DNA from: Terriglobales bacterium
Lineage (GTDB): Bacteria > Acidobacteriota > Terriglobia > Terriglobales > Acidobacteriaceae
NCBI GenBank assembly: GCA_052147055.1
Contig: JBKQLO010000165.1
Span: 1,419-65,418 of the forward strand
Direction: 5' to 3'
Length of the DNA stretch: 64,000 bases
The number at the start of each line of letters is the position of its first letter. Within the stretch, counting starts at the first letter, position 1. The notes under the pieces were generated by a model. It worked only from the letters and a program-made list of their open reading frames with translations. It was not told the origin of the DNA and searched no databases. Of the stretch, positions 1 through 9,802 are shown piece by piece. The translations under genes were made by a program, and so were the position numbers.

Positions 1-108
1 CGACATTTTGCCTTCTTTGTGTTGGCGCTCGCGGCGTTGCGGGCCGCCGCCGTCTTCGGCGAGTTGATTACGCTTCTGGAGTTCCGCCAGCTTTTGTTCG
101 CGATTCAT
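1..108 (-). CDS. acyl-CoA carboxylase carboxyltransferase (beta) subunit, first 36 codons only; the gene runs off the left edge
   Basis: My translation of the minus strand from the ATG at 108-106 gives MNREQKLAELQKRNQLAEDGGGPQRRERQHKEGKMS. The GGG..R...QH..GK(L/M)(T/S) pattern is the conserved N-terminus of the PccB/AccD5/methylmalonyl-CoA carboxyltransferase family. It is absent from the ORF track because it is under 60 aa in this window. Confidence 0.5.
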   Translation of the reverse strand, partial: MNREQKLAELQKRNQLAEDGGGPQRRERQHKEGKMS

Positions 109-181
109 GGCGAGGAGATTATAGCGGGTGGCGGGGCGCGGAGAGCAGGGATCAGCGCGCTGGGTAGCGTCTTAATTCATC

Positions 182-216
182 AACCACAAAGGACACGAAG
201 GTACACGAAGGAAAAC
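182..216. repeat. periodic repeat family R3 (AACCACAAAGGACACGAAGGTACACGAAGGAAAAC)
   Basis: Three CAC(A/G)AAGG cores start at 185, 194 and 204, a 9-10 bp period. The same motif recurs at 18384, 18462, 44133 and, inverted, at 44184. Confidence 0.8.
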
Positions 217-221
217 CTGCT

Positions 222-262
222 GAGCTTCGCTCGGGGCGGGCCGAGGCGGCTGTCCCCACGTG
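222..262. repeat. repeat family R1, shortened copy (GAGCTTCGCTC...GGCGGCTGTCCCCACGTG)
   Basis: It shares both ends with the full-length copy at 47845-47912 and the right end with 8148-8162. It abuts the stop codon of the 266-841 gene. Confidence 0.7.
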
Positions 263-265
263 AAT

Positions 266-841
266 CTACTCCATGCTGGAGCCCATGGGATCGTAGCGGT
301 ACCTCTTGCCATCCCAGAAGACCATCGAGGTCATGGCCTCGCCGCCGGTTTCTTCGACGTAGATCGCCATGCGGGGTTTCTTTTTCACCTGTAGTTTTCT
401 GATCTTGATGTCGCGGAAGGGAATGTTCACTAACATGAATTTCGCTTTAGGGACAGCAGCATACCAGGCGTCGGGTCCGGCTCCGTGGATCACCAGCAGA
501 GAAAAGCCACGGCGCTGCGGATCGTCGGCCACGAACGCGGTGGTCACCTTGGGATTGCCATAGCCGAAGAAGGAGTCGTAAGGATCGATGACGAGGTAGT
601 TGTTCTGGGCCTGGTCCATCAAGGGACTGTTACAGTGGGCGGGGATGACGATATCTTCCACGCCATCACCGTCGAGGTCTCCGCGCAGCGAAGGCATGCC
701 GACGAGCTTGCAGTTCGAACCAAACTCCTGCTCGACGAATGCATTGTCGACGGTGGGTGCGGAGGTCTTTTGCGCTTGCGCCGTGGCGCCGAGGCACATG
801 CTGGCTGCGAGAAGTACGAAAGCAAATCGAGGGAATGACAT
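266..841 (-). CDS. secreted hypothetical protein
   Basis: 191-aa ORF with a signal-peptide-like N-terminus (MSFPRFAFVLLAASMCLGATAQA) and a GDLDGDGVEDIVIP (FG-GAP/calcium-loop-like) motif. No enzyme motif recognised. Confidence 0.6.
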   Translation of the reverse strand: MSFPRFAFVLLAASMCLGATAQAQKTSAPTVDNAFVEQEFGSNCKLVGMPSLRGDLDGDGVEDIVIPAHCNSPLMDQAQNNYLVIDPYDSFFGYGNPKVTTAFVADDPQRRGFSLLVIHGAGPDAWYAAVPKAKFMLVNIPFRDIKIRKLQVKKKPRMAIYVEETGGEAMTSMVFWDGKRYRYDPMGSSME

Positions 842-948
842 GTTTCTAATCTAGACCCGGCAGCTACGGGGCGATAGAGAAAGAGGAGGTTCCCATAGCA
901 CTAAAGTCACTGGCAGGAGCGCGGTCGTGGGTGGTTCGTCGTCGGTCG

Positions 949-1908
949 TTAGCGGGACTTGAAATGCTCCCAGCCTTGGGGAACAAGGACGCTCTTGGTA
1001 GTCCCATTCATCAGGATCATGTGCTTCTCACGGAGAATATGGCCGATCTGGGTCACCTGAACACCGGCTATCCGCTGCGGGACGCGCTTGCTGGACGGGA
1101 CGGTGAAGAGTAGTTCGTAGTCGTCGCCGCCGTGTAGGGCGGATTTAAGGTCGACTTCGTGACGAGGTTTTCCGATGTGGGCGAGGGGTATGGCTTGGGC
1201 CCGGACTTCCGCACCCACGCCACTCTCTTCGCAAATGTGGGCGAGATCGGTGGAGAGGCCGTCGCTGATGTCAATCATGGCGGAGGCCAGGCGTTTTTCG
1301 CGCAGGAATTCTCCCACGGCGACTCGGGGCTGGGGGTGAAAGTGCTGGGGGAAGTGGGAGGGGCGAAGTTTGCGTTTGGCGAAGAGCAGGCGCAAAGCGG
1401 CGGCGGAGCCGCCGAGTTCCCCAGTCACGTAAATGCGGTCGCCGGGTTTTGCGCCCGAGCGCCGGATGGCTTGGCCCTTTGGGGCGGAGCCGACGACCAC
1501 GATATCGGCCAGAATTCCGCCGGGAGACTGGGCAACGTCGCCGCCGGCGAGGGTCATCTGAAATGCATCGGCCAGCCGGAGCAGGCTGGCGAGAAAACGG
1601 TCGACCCAGTTCTGCGGCAGATTTCGAGGCAAGGCGAGCGACAGAAATGCAGCGATGGGCCGGCCTCCCATGGCGGCAATGTCGCTGAGCCCGCGGGTCA
1701 GGCAGCGATGGCCGACGGCCTCGGGCGTATGCCACTCTCGCCGAAAGTGGATGCCTTCCAGGCTGAAATCGGTGGTCACCAGGGCTTCGTGTCCGGACGG
1801 GATGCGAAGGGCGGCACAGTCGTCACCAATACCGATGCGAACCGCGGCCCGGCGGCGTTTTGCCCGAGAACGCACGCGCTCGATAATCGGCTTTTCTCGG
1901 AGAGGCAA
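949..1908 (-). CDS. thiL: thiamine-monophosphate kinase
   Basis: 319 aa. IGDDCAAL, TTDFSLEGIHF and LSDIAAMGG are the AIR-synthase-like/ThiL signature blocks. Confidence 0.9.
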   Translation of the reverse strand: MPLREKPIIERVRSRAKRRRAAVRIGIGDDCAALRIPSGHEALVTTDFSLEGIHFRREWHTPEAVGHRCLTRGLSDIAAMGGRPIAAFLSLALPRNLPQNWVDRFLASLLRLADAFQMTLAGGDVAQSPGGILADIVVVGSAPKGQAIRRSGAKPGDRIYVTGELGGSAAALRLLFAKRKLRPSHFPQHFHPQPRVAVGEFLREKRLASAMIDISDGLSTDLAHICEESGVGAEVRAQAIPLAHIGKPRHEVDLKSALHGGDDYELLFTVPSSKRVPQRIAGVQVTQIGHILREKHMILMNGTTKSVLVPQGWEHFKSR

Positions 1909-2335
1909 GCGAATTCAATATATAAGAGAGCAGCGTTGTGCGAGCTGACCAGACTGGGAAACCAGTCCCAATATGAGCGCCAAAAGCGCGCCGAGTAACC
2001 CGGCGGAAGACGAGAAAGGTTACCCTACCCTGGGACGATCACCGTTACCCGCCCTTCCGTAACCCGGGGATTGTGCGCTATGTCATTGACAGACATGGAC
2101 CTGCTTTGTTACCGTGACCATGCTGTTCCCAAAAAACCTTTGGCCGACCCTTAGCGCTGCATGGATACTTGATTGCAGCGTACAGCGTTTTCGGACCTGA
2201 GACTGGTTCTGGTAGAGAAAGGCAGTCGCTCAGCTTGCTCCGGTTGAGGGAGCGTGCCGGAATCAGGACGCAGGGATTTTCAATAACCCGAAACGCCGGG
2301 AAATTTGCCGGCCCTGACGACAACAAAGGAGTATA

Positions 2336-3244
2336 TTGCGCAAGCGTTTTTACATTCTTTTCGTAGCCCGCGGTGAAGATGGGCAGTTGCGCAAGATCCC
2401 CATCCCGGTTCACTACCTATACGTGCTGGTGGTGGGGGCGGCGATTGGCGGTCTGAGTCTCACGGGGATTGCCAGTTCCTACTTGCGGATGCTGTTGAAG
2501 GTTTCCCACTTCAATGAACTGCGGGCCCAAAAAGACGAATTGAAGAACCGCTATACCCAACTGGAACAGGTCGCCAAGGAACGCGACATCCAAGTTGCGT
2601 CGCTGGGATCGCTGGCCAACGAGGTTTCTTCGCTTTACGGTTTGAAAACTGATCCGATTCTTACGCCCGCAACCGATACGCTTCAGGACGCGCAGGTCAG
2701 TTCTTCGTTTGACCGCCTGTACACCTTAAAAGACACAGCTTTGAGCGGCGCGGCGGCCACCGGCATTTCTCTTGGGCTGACGCGTGACGCCACCACGGCG
2801 GACTGGCTGCGGGCCAATTCGGCGCCCAGCCTGTGGCCGGTGGAAGGTCCGGTGACGGGATCGTTTGGCGAGCGGACGGATCCGTTCAACGGTGAAGGAG
2901 CGTTCCACAGCGGAGTCGATATCTCGGCTTCTTACGGGCAGCCGGTAATCGCCCCGGCCGACGGCGTGGTGCTATTTGCGGATTTCATGGGCGGTTATGG
3001 ACGGGCCATTGTGATGGACCACGGCCACGGAATCACCACCCGCTACGGACACCTGGCAAACTTCGCGGTGGCGATTGGCCAATACATTCACCGCGGCGAC
3101 ACGATTGGATACGTCGGCCTGAGTGGCCGCAGCACGGGACCACATCTGCATTACGAAGTCCGCATCAACGACACCCCGGTCAATCCCCACAAATACCTTC
3201 GCCTGACCTTCGCGCATAGCGGCGGGTTTGCGGCGGGAAGCTAG
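2336..3244 (+). CDS. M23 family (LytM-type) metallopeptidase with an N-terminal membrane anchor and coiled coil
   Basis: HSGVDISA, the GYGRAIVMDHGHGITTRYGHL block and GPHLHYEV are M23 zinc-ligand blocks. TTG start at 2336, preceded by AAGGAG at 2326-2331. Confidence 0.9.
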   Translation: MRKRFYILFVARGEDGQLRKIPIPVHYLYVLVVGAAIGGLSLTGIASSYLRMLLKVSHFNELRAQKDELKNRYTQLEQVAKERDIQVASLGSLANEVSSLYGLKTDPILTPATDTLQDAQVSSSFDRLYTLKDTALSGAAATGISLGLTRDATTADWLRANSAPSLWPVEGPVTGSFGERTDPFNGEGAFHSGVDISASYGQPVIAPADGVVLFADFMGGYGRAIVMDHGHGITTRYGHLANFAVAIGQYIHRGDTIGYVGLSGRSTGPHLHYEVRINDTPVNPHKYLRLTFAHSGGFAAGS

Positions 3245-3349
3245 GAAGCAGTCAGCAATCAGTAAAAAACTGCAATTGGCATTTGGTCGTCTGGAGTCCG
3301 GCTGAAGGGCTTAGCCGACGGCTGAGAGCTGATGGCTGAGAGCTGGCGA

Positions 3350-3736
3350 CTACCGCAGCCCCATCCATCGTTCCGAAACTACGATCGAGTTGCCGGGATT
3401 CTGCGGGTCGTAGCGGACGGAGGTGGGCAGGCCGAGGCGGCAGGAATGCAGGTTGATGAACTGGCGCAGGTAGGTGACGTCCTGCGAAGCCTCGTAAGAC
3501 ACGCCCGCCACGTCGTATTGGAAGATCAATAAAACAGATTGGGTCTGTTCCTCGCGGGGAAGCTCCTGAACGTCGATGACAGTGCCGTCGGTGATGCGGC
3601 CAACGCGGTCGAGCCACTCGCGGCGCTGGCGTTCAATATCCTCCGGGCGCGGGGGCTTGCGGCGCAGAAGGAAGTAAGCGGCGAATAGCGCAGCGCAACC
3701 TCCCACCGCCACTACATAGAGACGAAATGGATTCAT
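3350..3736 (-). CDS. membrane-anchored hypothetical protein (DUF3592-like)
   Basis: 128 aa with one N-terminal TM helix (LYVVAVGGCAALFAAYFLL) followed by a soluble beta-rich region. The family assignment is tentative. Confidence 0.55.
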   Translation of the reverse strand: MNPFRLYVVAVGGCAALFAAYFLLRRKPPRPEDIERQRREWLDRVGRITDGTVIDVQELPREEQTQSVLLIFQYDVAGVSYEASQDVTYLRQFINLHSCRLGLPTSVRYDPQNPGNSIVVSERWMGLR

Positions 3737-3877
3737 GACTGACGGGAAGGAACCGTCATCTGAGGGCGACGGCCTTCGTATTCAGGATACGACCTGCGGA
3801 GGAATCGGGGAAGTGGCCGGGTGGGGCAGGCGGAACGGCTGCCGGACAGCCGCCGGGTCGGCGTCGCTACCGTGAAC

Positions 3878-4360
3878 CTACGCAGGGCTTTTCTTAGCCA
3901 CAGCCGCAACCACTACGCCGGCTTTTTCCCACGGACGTTTGGGGCGCTCGGGAGCGGGTTTGTCGCGGTTTTCGATGCGGTCGTAGTGGTAGGACTCGCT
4001 GACCGTGCCCAGCGATTCGTTATACAAGCTGGGCAGGCCGAGGCCTTCCTTCAGTTCCTCTGTGAATTGCTGCAAGGCCTTTAGATGGTCGGCAGTGGCT
4101 GCGATTTCGTTCTTGGAAGTTTTCAGAAACTGTTGATATCCGCGGTTGACCAGCTTGGAAATTTCGCTGCCGATCATGTAGCCGGGATGGGCGAAGATCT
4201 TCACTCCGTCGACGCCGTCTTTTTGGATGGCCGCGGAACAACTGTACTTCTTCAGGAATACACGCCCTTGAGTGCCGGGAGCTTCGATGAGGTCAAAGCC
4301 GTGCTCGCGCAGCCAGTTCAAGGCTTCGTCATAGGTCCGAGGTTCTGTCTTGGTGGCCAT
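3878..4360 (-). CDS. hypothetical protein
   Basis: 160-aa ORF of clean coding appearance, divergent from cysM. No motif recognised. Confidence 0.55.
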   Translation of the reverse strand: MATKTEPRTYDEALNWLREHGFDLIEAPGTQGRVFLKKYSCSAAIQKDGVDGVKIFAHPGYMIGSEISKLVNRGYQQFLKTSKNEIAATADHLKALQQFTEELKEGLGLPSLYNESLGTVSESYHYDRIENRDKPAPERPKRPWEKAGVVVAAVAKKSPA

Positions 4361-4540
4361 TTCTTCCTTTGGTCTTCCTTTATTCTACCGGTGGTTAGAT
4401 GCCGATTCCCGCTAAAGGGAGCCAGCGCGCATGTTCTGTGGAACCAACCCACCTTCCTTATAATCTAATTGACCAGTCTTCGTGCGTGGTTTCGCGTCTA
4501 AGTAAGGTTACGTAGGTCACGAAGGCAAAGTTCGTATCCC

Positions 4541-5509
4541 ATGCAAAAAGCGCAACCCAAGTTGGCCCAGGTGCCAGTTTCAGGCGAGCTTGCGGCTCTC
4601 GGTCAAGCCAGTTTGGAACGGATCGGCAACACCCCCCTGTTGCGACTGGCGTACATTGGCCACGCTTTGCCGACGGTCGAAATTCTCGGCAAGGCGGAGT
4701 GGCTGAACCCTGGAGGCTCGGTCAAAGACCGTGCCGCCGTCAACATCGTGGCCCAAGCCCGCGCCAGTGGCAAGTTAACATCCGGTAAAATTTTGCTGGA
4801 CTCGACCAGCGGAAATACCGGGATTGCGTATGCCATGATCGGCGCCGCCCAGGGTTTTCCAGTGACGCTGTGCATGCCGGAAAATGTCTCGGTGGAGCGC
4901 AAACGCATTCTGCACGCCTACGGCGCCAACATCATTTATACCGACCCGGGCGATGGCTCTGATGGCGCCATCCGCAAAGCCCGCGAGCTGGCGGCCGGGC
5001 ATCCCGATTTGTATTTTTACGCCGACCAGTACTCCAACGACGCCAACTGGCAGGCACACTACCATGGCACGGCCAACGAAATCTGGCAACAAACTGAAGG
5101 ACGTATCACGCACTTTGTGGCCATGCTCGGAACCAGCGGGACGTTTGTTGGCACTGCTCGTCGCTTGAAAGAGCTGAATCCGCGAGTGCGCTGCATCTCG
5201 CTGCAACCGGATTCCGCTTTCCATGGAATTGAAGGCACCAAGCACATGGCCAGCGCCATCGTGCCCAGGATTTATGATGCTTCGCTGGCGGATGAAGATC
5301 TCGGCATCTCAACCGAGGATGCCTATGCCATGGCCCGGCGACTGGCGCGGGAAGAGGGCTTGCTGGTGGGAGTTTCTTCGGCGGGGGCGATTGTGGGGTG
5401 CCTGCAAGTGGCGGGACAGCTCAAGAAGAACGCGCAGGCGGTGATGGTGGCAATTCTGCCGGACTCGGGCGACAAGTACTTGAGCGAGAGATTCTGGGAA
5501 GAGGGGTAG
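4541..5509 (+). CDS. cysM: PLP-dependent cysteine synthase (CysM/CysK family, probably CysO-thiocarboxylate dependent)
   Basis: NPGGSVKDRAA (PLP lysine) and the STSGNTGIA loop. The context includes a JAMM protease, a MoaD/ThiS-like carrier and MoeZ. Confidence 0.9.
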   Translation: MQKAQPKLAQVPVSGELAALGQASLERIGNTPLLRLAYIGHALPTVEILGKAEWLNPGGSVKDRAAVNIVAQARASGKLTSGKILLDSTSGNTGIAYAMIGAAQGFPVTLCMPENVSVERKRILHAYGANIIYTDPGDGSDGAIRKARELAAGHPDLYFYADQYSNDANWQAHYHGTANEIWQQTEGRITHFVAMLGTSGTFVGTARRLKELNPRVRCISLQPDSAFHGIEGTKHMASAIVPRIYDASLADEDLGISTEDAYAMARRLAREEGLLVGVSSAGAIVGCLQVAGQLKKNAQAVMVAILPDSGDKYLSERFWEEG

Positions 5510-5516
5510 AACGTCA

Positions 5517-5590
5517 TCACCACAGAGTCACAGAGACACAGAGAAAAGCAAGAAAAGGGGTTCTCTGTGCCTCTGTGTCACTGTGGTGGA
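5517..5590. repeat. imperfect hairpin of tandem CACAGAG units (R3-like variant)
   Basis: The left arm at 5517-5545 (TCACCACAGAGTCACAGAGACACAGAGAA) pairs with the right arm at 5561-5590 (TTCTCTGTGCCTCTGTGTCACTGTGGTGGA). The arms are about 26 nt with 3 mismatches and a 15-nt loop. It lies between cysM and mec. Confidence 0.75.
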
Positions 5591-5596
5591 AGTCTT

Positions 5597-6052
5597 ATGT
5601 TGAAGATTGGCAAAACTGAATTTGACGAGTTGCGCCAGCATGGCGAAGAGACCTATCCGCACGAGTGCTGTGGGGTGCTGCTGGGGCAAGGGGACGGTGA
5701 GGCGCGGGTTGTGACATCGGTGGCGCGTTGCGGAAATACTAGGAACGATTCGCCGCAGAACCGCTACAACATCGATCCTCGTGAGCTGGTTCGCATTCAG
5801 CGCGAAGGGCGGGAACGGGGCGAGGACATTGTCGGTTTCTATCACTCGCATCCAGATCATCCGGCGCGCTGGTCTTCGACGGATTTGGCCGAGGCACATT
5901 GGTTCGGCTGCTCGTATGTGATCACCAGCGTGGAAAAGGGTAAGGCGGCGGTGACGAATTCGTTTGAGCTGACGGGCACGGAGGAGAGCAACAAGAAGCT
6001 GGTGGATGAGGCGATAGAGTGCGTTGAGAGCGGCGGGGAGGGCTACACTTGA
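5597..6052 (+). CDS. mec: Mov34/MPN/JAMM metalloprotease (Mec-type, CysO C-terminal processing)
   Basis: HECCG and the HSHPDHPARWSSTD JAMM motif. I prefer the ATG at 5597 to the GTG at 5567, which lies inside the repeat. Confidence 0.85.
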   Translation: MLKIGKTEFDELRQHGEETYPHECCGVLLGQGDGEARVVTSVARCGNTRNDSPQNRYNIDPRELVRIQREGRERGEDIVGFYHSHPDHPARWSSTDLAEAHWFGCSYVITSVEKGKAAVTNSFELTGTEESNKKLVDEAIECVESGGEGYT

Positions 6053-7038
6053 ATTTGGCGAAACTCGTTAGCTTTCTTGATGAGCTCGGGCAAAGGCCGC
6101 TGGTTTGGATCGGGCGGCAGGAATATCTCTCCGAGTGGCCCGCGGAACGAGTCAATACCACCGCCAACGTTGAGGGCCTGCAAAGCTCGGAGACGCCCTT
6201 CATTCAACCTCATCGAATAGCTTTGATCAAGATAGATTAGCCCCGCATCAAACGCACGGTGGTATGTTGGCGAAAGGGCCAGCCCGTTGCGGACAAGGTC
6301 GTTGCTTCCAGGCGCGCCGACGGGAAGTATGTGGGCCGCGTCTACAAGTTTAAGCTGTATTCGCGTCACCGCACAGCGATTGCCATATGCAAAAAGAACC
6401 TGCTGCTTAAACCGAGCATCTCTGCTCAAGCGGCTAACTTCGCTCACGATTCTCTGACGCTCAACAGAGAGTGATTCAACGTCCTGGTGTCGGATCGGCT
6501 CCGCTACGACCGCTTGCGCTAGCAGTTTTCGGATATTCGAGTCTCGCCCGTACTTGTGCAAGAGGGGAGCGTTCATGGTGTACGCCATAAACATGTCAGG
6601 CCGGATGCCCACGGCGATTTCCTCATTACTTTTGCGGTAGAAGCTCAATCCAGTTGTTTCGGCTTGTCGCAACTCAGCGATACCTATTTGCACCGATGGC
6701 GATCCAACCGTGAATGTCTTGTGTCGCGCGAGGTCAAAGCCAGCAAACAAGTTGTGATCGGCGTCGTATCCGATGAGGATGGTTGGCCCACCAGCCCCCA
6801 TTAAGAGTGGCGAACGAACTGAGGTCATTTGGATGCGATATTCGTTTGGGAGCGAGGGACGCCCCCCGGGCGTGAGGCTCCAGGCGTAGACGGTAAGAGA
6901 CTCGGGCACATTCTGGCCGACGAGGACGAACCGCCTCGGTTGATGTTGCTTGCCAGACACGAGACTGGCAGCACATCCCGACTCCGCCAAGGCATTGATA
7001 ATGGCGGAAACCAGCTGGCTAGGGGCGACGGCGGGCAT
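6043..7038 (-). CDS. HNH-type restriction endonuclease (Type II R-M, R subunit)
   Basis: The C-terminal block NRCAVT...AAHILP...NGLALSPTYHRAFD is an HNH nuclease signature. There is a strong RBS (AGGAGGG) upstream, and the gene overlaps the upstream methyltransferase gene by 20 nt. Confidence 0.75.
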   Translation of the reverse strand: MPAVAPSQLVSAIINALAESGCAASLVSGKQHQPRRFVLVGQNVPESLTVYAWSLTPGGRPSLPNEYRIQMTSVRSPLLMGAGGPTILIGYDADHNLFAGFDLARHKTFTVGSPSVQIGIAELRQAETTGLSFYRKSNEEIAVGIRPDMFMAYTMNAPLLHKYGRDSNIRKLLAQAVVAEPIRHQDVESLSVERQRIVSEVSRLSRDARFKQQVLFAYGNRCAVTRIQLKLVDAAHILPVGAPGSNDLVRNGLALSPTYHRAFDAGLIYLDQSYSMRLNEGRLRALQALNVGGGIDSFRGPLGEIFLPPDPNQRPLPELIKKANEFRQIQV

Positions 7039-8038
7039 CTACCCTCCTAGTTCGGCCTCCGTCCTCTGCCAGCTTATCCTCGCGGCCGTTCCAGAGTGCG
7101 GCGGGATTATTCAGCTTATAGGAAACACCCACGCTCCCGACATCAAACATCGATTCTTGCTGTGGCTGAGGGTTCCGTTCGAAGCGGCCCAAGGCCCCCT
7201 CGACGTATTCCTCGCGCATTTCCACACATGTCCATCTCCGCCCCAGCTTTTCGCAAACCTCCCCGGTGACGCAGCTTCCCGCGAAGGGGTCTAAAACGTT
7301 ATCGCCCCCATTTGTGAGCATTCTGACAAAAAATTCTGGGAGAACGGAGGGAAAGCGCGCCGGATGCACCTTGATGCCGTGCTTCTCGCAGTATCGGAGA
7401 TAGTAGGAGTTACTTTCTGTGTTTGGAATCGCAATGAGATTAGGGGGGATTGCTGCTCCGTTATCTTGGGAAAATTTATTGCTGATGTCGTGTCCGCTGG
7501 GTCGTAGCTTAGCTTTGTATCCGTTCTTTAGCAGGCCCTTCATCGCGTCGCTGTACGGTGCCAAGACCCTTCTATTGCTGGCCTTCGGCCAAGGAGTAAC
7601 GGAAAACCACCAAACAAGGTTTATCGCGTCCTTGACTCGTATTCGCCGTACGGTAACCCATTCAGCGGGGCTCGGAAGCTTCGACGGGTTCCACCAAAAG
7701 AATTCTTGGGCAAGATAAAACCCCAGCTCACGGCAGAGCATTATCGCCAATTCGAAGTGGTACAGGGAACGGGTTGGTTGCCCTGGGAGCCACGCCCCGC
7801 CGATGTCCACCACCAGGGAACCGGAGGACTTCAGCAGGCGCTTAAACTCCCGCCCGAACGGCTTGAACCACTCGATATACTCGCCGCTCTCGACGTTCCC
7901 GTAGTCCTTCTTTCGAAGGAGGCCAAAAGGGGGGCTCGTAACGATGAGGTCGACTGATGCGGCCTTAAGCTTCCGCATGTACTCAAGGGAATCGCCGAGA
8001 ACAATCTGACCGTGCGACGTTCTGTGATAAGGGGGCAT
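7019..8038 (-). CDS. beta-class DNA methyltransferase, SPPF type (probably N4-cytosine, M.PvuII-like)
   Basis: DLIVTSPPFG (motif IV) lies near the N-terminus and LDPFAGSCVTG (motif I) near the C-terminus, which is the beta-class order. SPPF/SPPY is typical of m4C enzymes. Confidence 0.88.
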   Translation of the reverse strand: MPPYHRTSHGQIVLGDSLEYMRKLKAASVDLIVTSPPFGLLRKKDYGNVESGEYIEWFKPFGREFKRLLKSSGSLVVDIGGAWLPGQPTRSLYHFELAIMLCRELGFYLAQEFFWWNPSKLPSPAEWVTVRRIRVKDAINLVWWFSVTPWPKASNRRVLAPYSDAMKGLLKNGYKAKLRPSGHDISNKFSQDNGAAIPPNLIAIPNTESNSYYLRYCEKHGIKVHPARFPSVLPEFFVRMLTNGGDNVLDPFAGSCVTGEVCEKLGRRWTCVEMREEYVEGALGRFERNPQPQQESMFDVGSVGVSYKLNNPAALWNGREDKLAEDGGRTRRVDARRRP

Positions 8039-8057
8039 CGCGCCTCTCTATATTCAC

Positions 8058-8073
8058 ACAATCTCTCGATTGT
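8058..8073. promoter_or_regulatory. palindrome ACAATC-TCTC-GATTGT just upstream of the methyltransferase start
   Basis: 6-bp perfect arms, 20 nt upstream of the start codon at 8038. It could be an autoregulatory operator. Confidence 0.25.
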
Positions 8074-8109
8074 CGCTCGACCAAAAGGTGGAAGCAACGA
8101 GGCTCCGCT

Positions 8110-8162
8110 GGACAGCCCCTTCGACTTCGCTCAAAGCAGGCTTTGGCGGCTGTCCCCACGCG
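8110..8162. repeat. repeat family R1 (GGACAGCCCCTTCGACTTCGCTCAAAGCAGGCTTTGGCGGCTGTCCCCACGCG)
   Basis: The stem GGACAGCC (8110-8117) pairs with GGCTGTCC (8148-8155) and encloses the conserved CCTTCGACTTCGCTCA..GCAGGC core. Related copies are at 222, 13554, 21868, 47845 and 63973. Confidence 0.8.
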
Positions 8163-8213
8163 GATCTTGCCGATCCCTGAATCCTATGGCAGGTGTGAGC
8201 ATCAACTAAGGGT

Positions 8214-8492
8214 ATGACGAAGATCCATATTCCGACGCCGCTGCGTCAGTACACGGGGAAGCAGGCTGACGTCCAGGTCAAGGGCGGCACGGTGGGCGAT
8301 GCCTTGTCTGACTTGACCGTCAAGCATCCCGATCTGCGCCGCCATCTCTATACTGAGGAAGGGAAACTGCGTTCATTTGTGAATGTCTATCTCAACGACG
8401 ATGACGTGCGCTACCTGCAAAAAGAAGCGACGGCGATCAAGGACGGTGATAGCATTTCGATAGTGCCTTCGATCGCTGGAGGCGGGAACTAG
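8214..8492 (+). CDS. cysO: MoaD/ThiS-family sulfur carrier protein (CysO-like)
   Basis: 92 aa of ubiquitin-like beta-grasp size. The C-terminus ...PSIAGGGN carries a di-glycine followed by extra residue(s). The gene sits next to moeZ and near mec and cysM. Confidence 0.85.
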   Translation: MTKIHIPTPLRQYTGKQADVQVKGGTVGDALSDLTVKHPDLRRHLYTEEGKLRSFVNVYLNDDDVRYLQKEATAIKDGDSISIVPSIAGGGN

Positions 8493-8602
8493 ATGGACTG
8501 CTGCTTCATGAGTGCTACCTGTCAAACCCGCCGCTGTTGTGGCTGTTGTCGCTAATTTCAGCTGTTCACAAACCCCCGAAATCCCCAAAAACAGAGGTTA
8601 TT

Positions 8603-9790
<1,188 letters not shown>

Positions 9791-9802
9791 GACGACTGGG
9801 GC

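Noticed and set aside
19-402. 127-aa plus-strand ORF at the left edge
   Set aside because: It overlaps the carboxyltransferase N-terminus, two repeat elements and the 3' end of the 266-841 gene. Its Arg/Pro/Ser-rich sequence looks like read-through of repeats.
1909-2335. TPP riboswitch upstream of thiL
   Set aside because: I looked on the minus strand for the CUGAGA / ACCUGAUCUGGAUAAUGCCAGCG-type core and did not find it. Only a small GACTGG-GAAA-CCAGTC hairpin is present.
5567-5596. GTG start for mec at 5567
   Set aside because: The first 10 codons would be encoded by the right arm of the CACAGAG hairpin repeat. The ATG at 5597 gives a standard JAMM N-terminus (MLKIGKTEF...).
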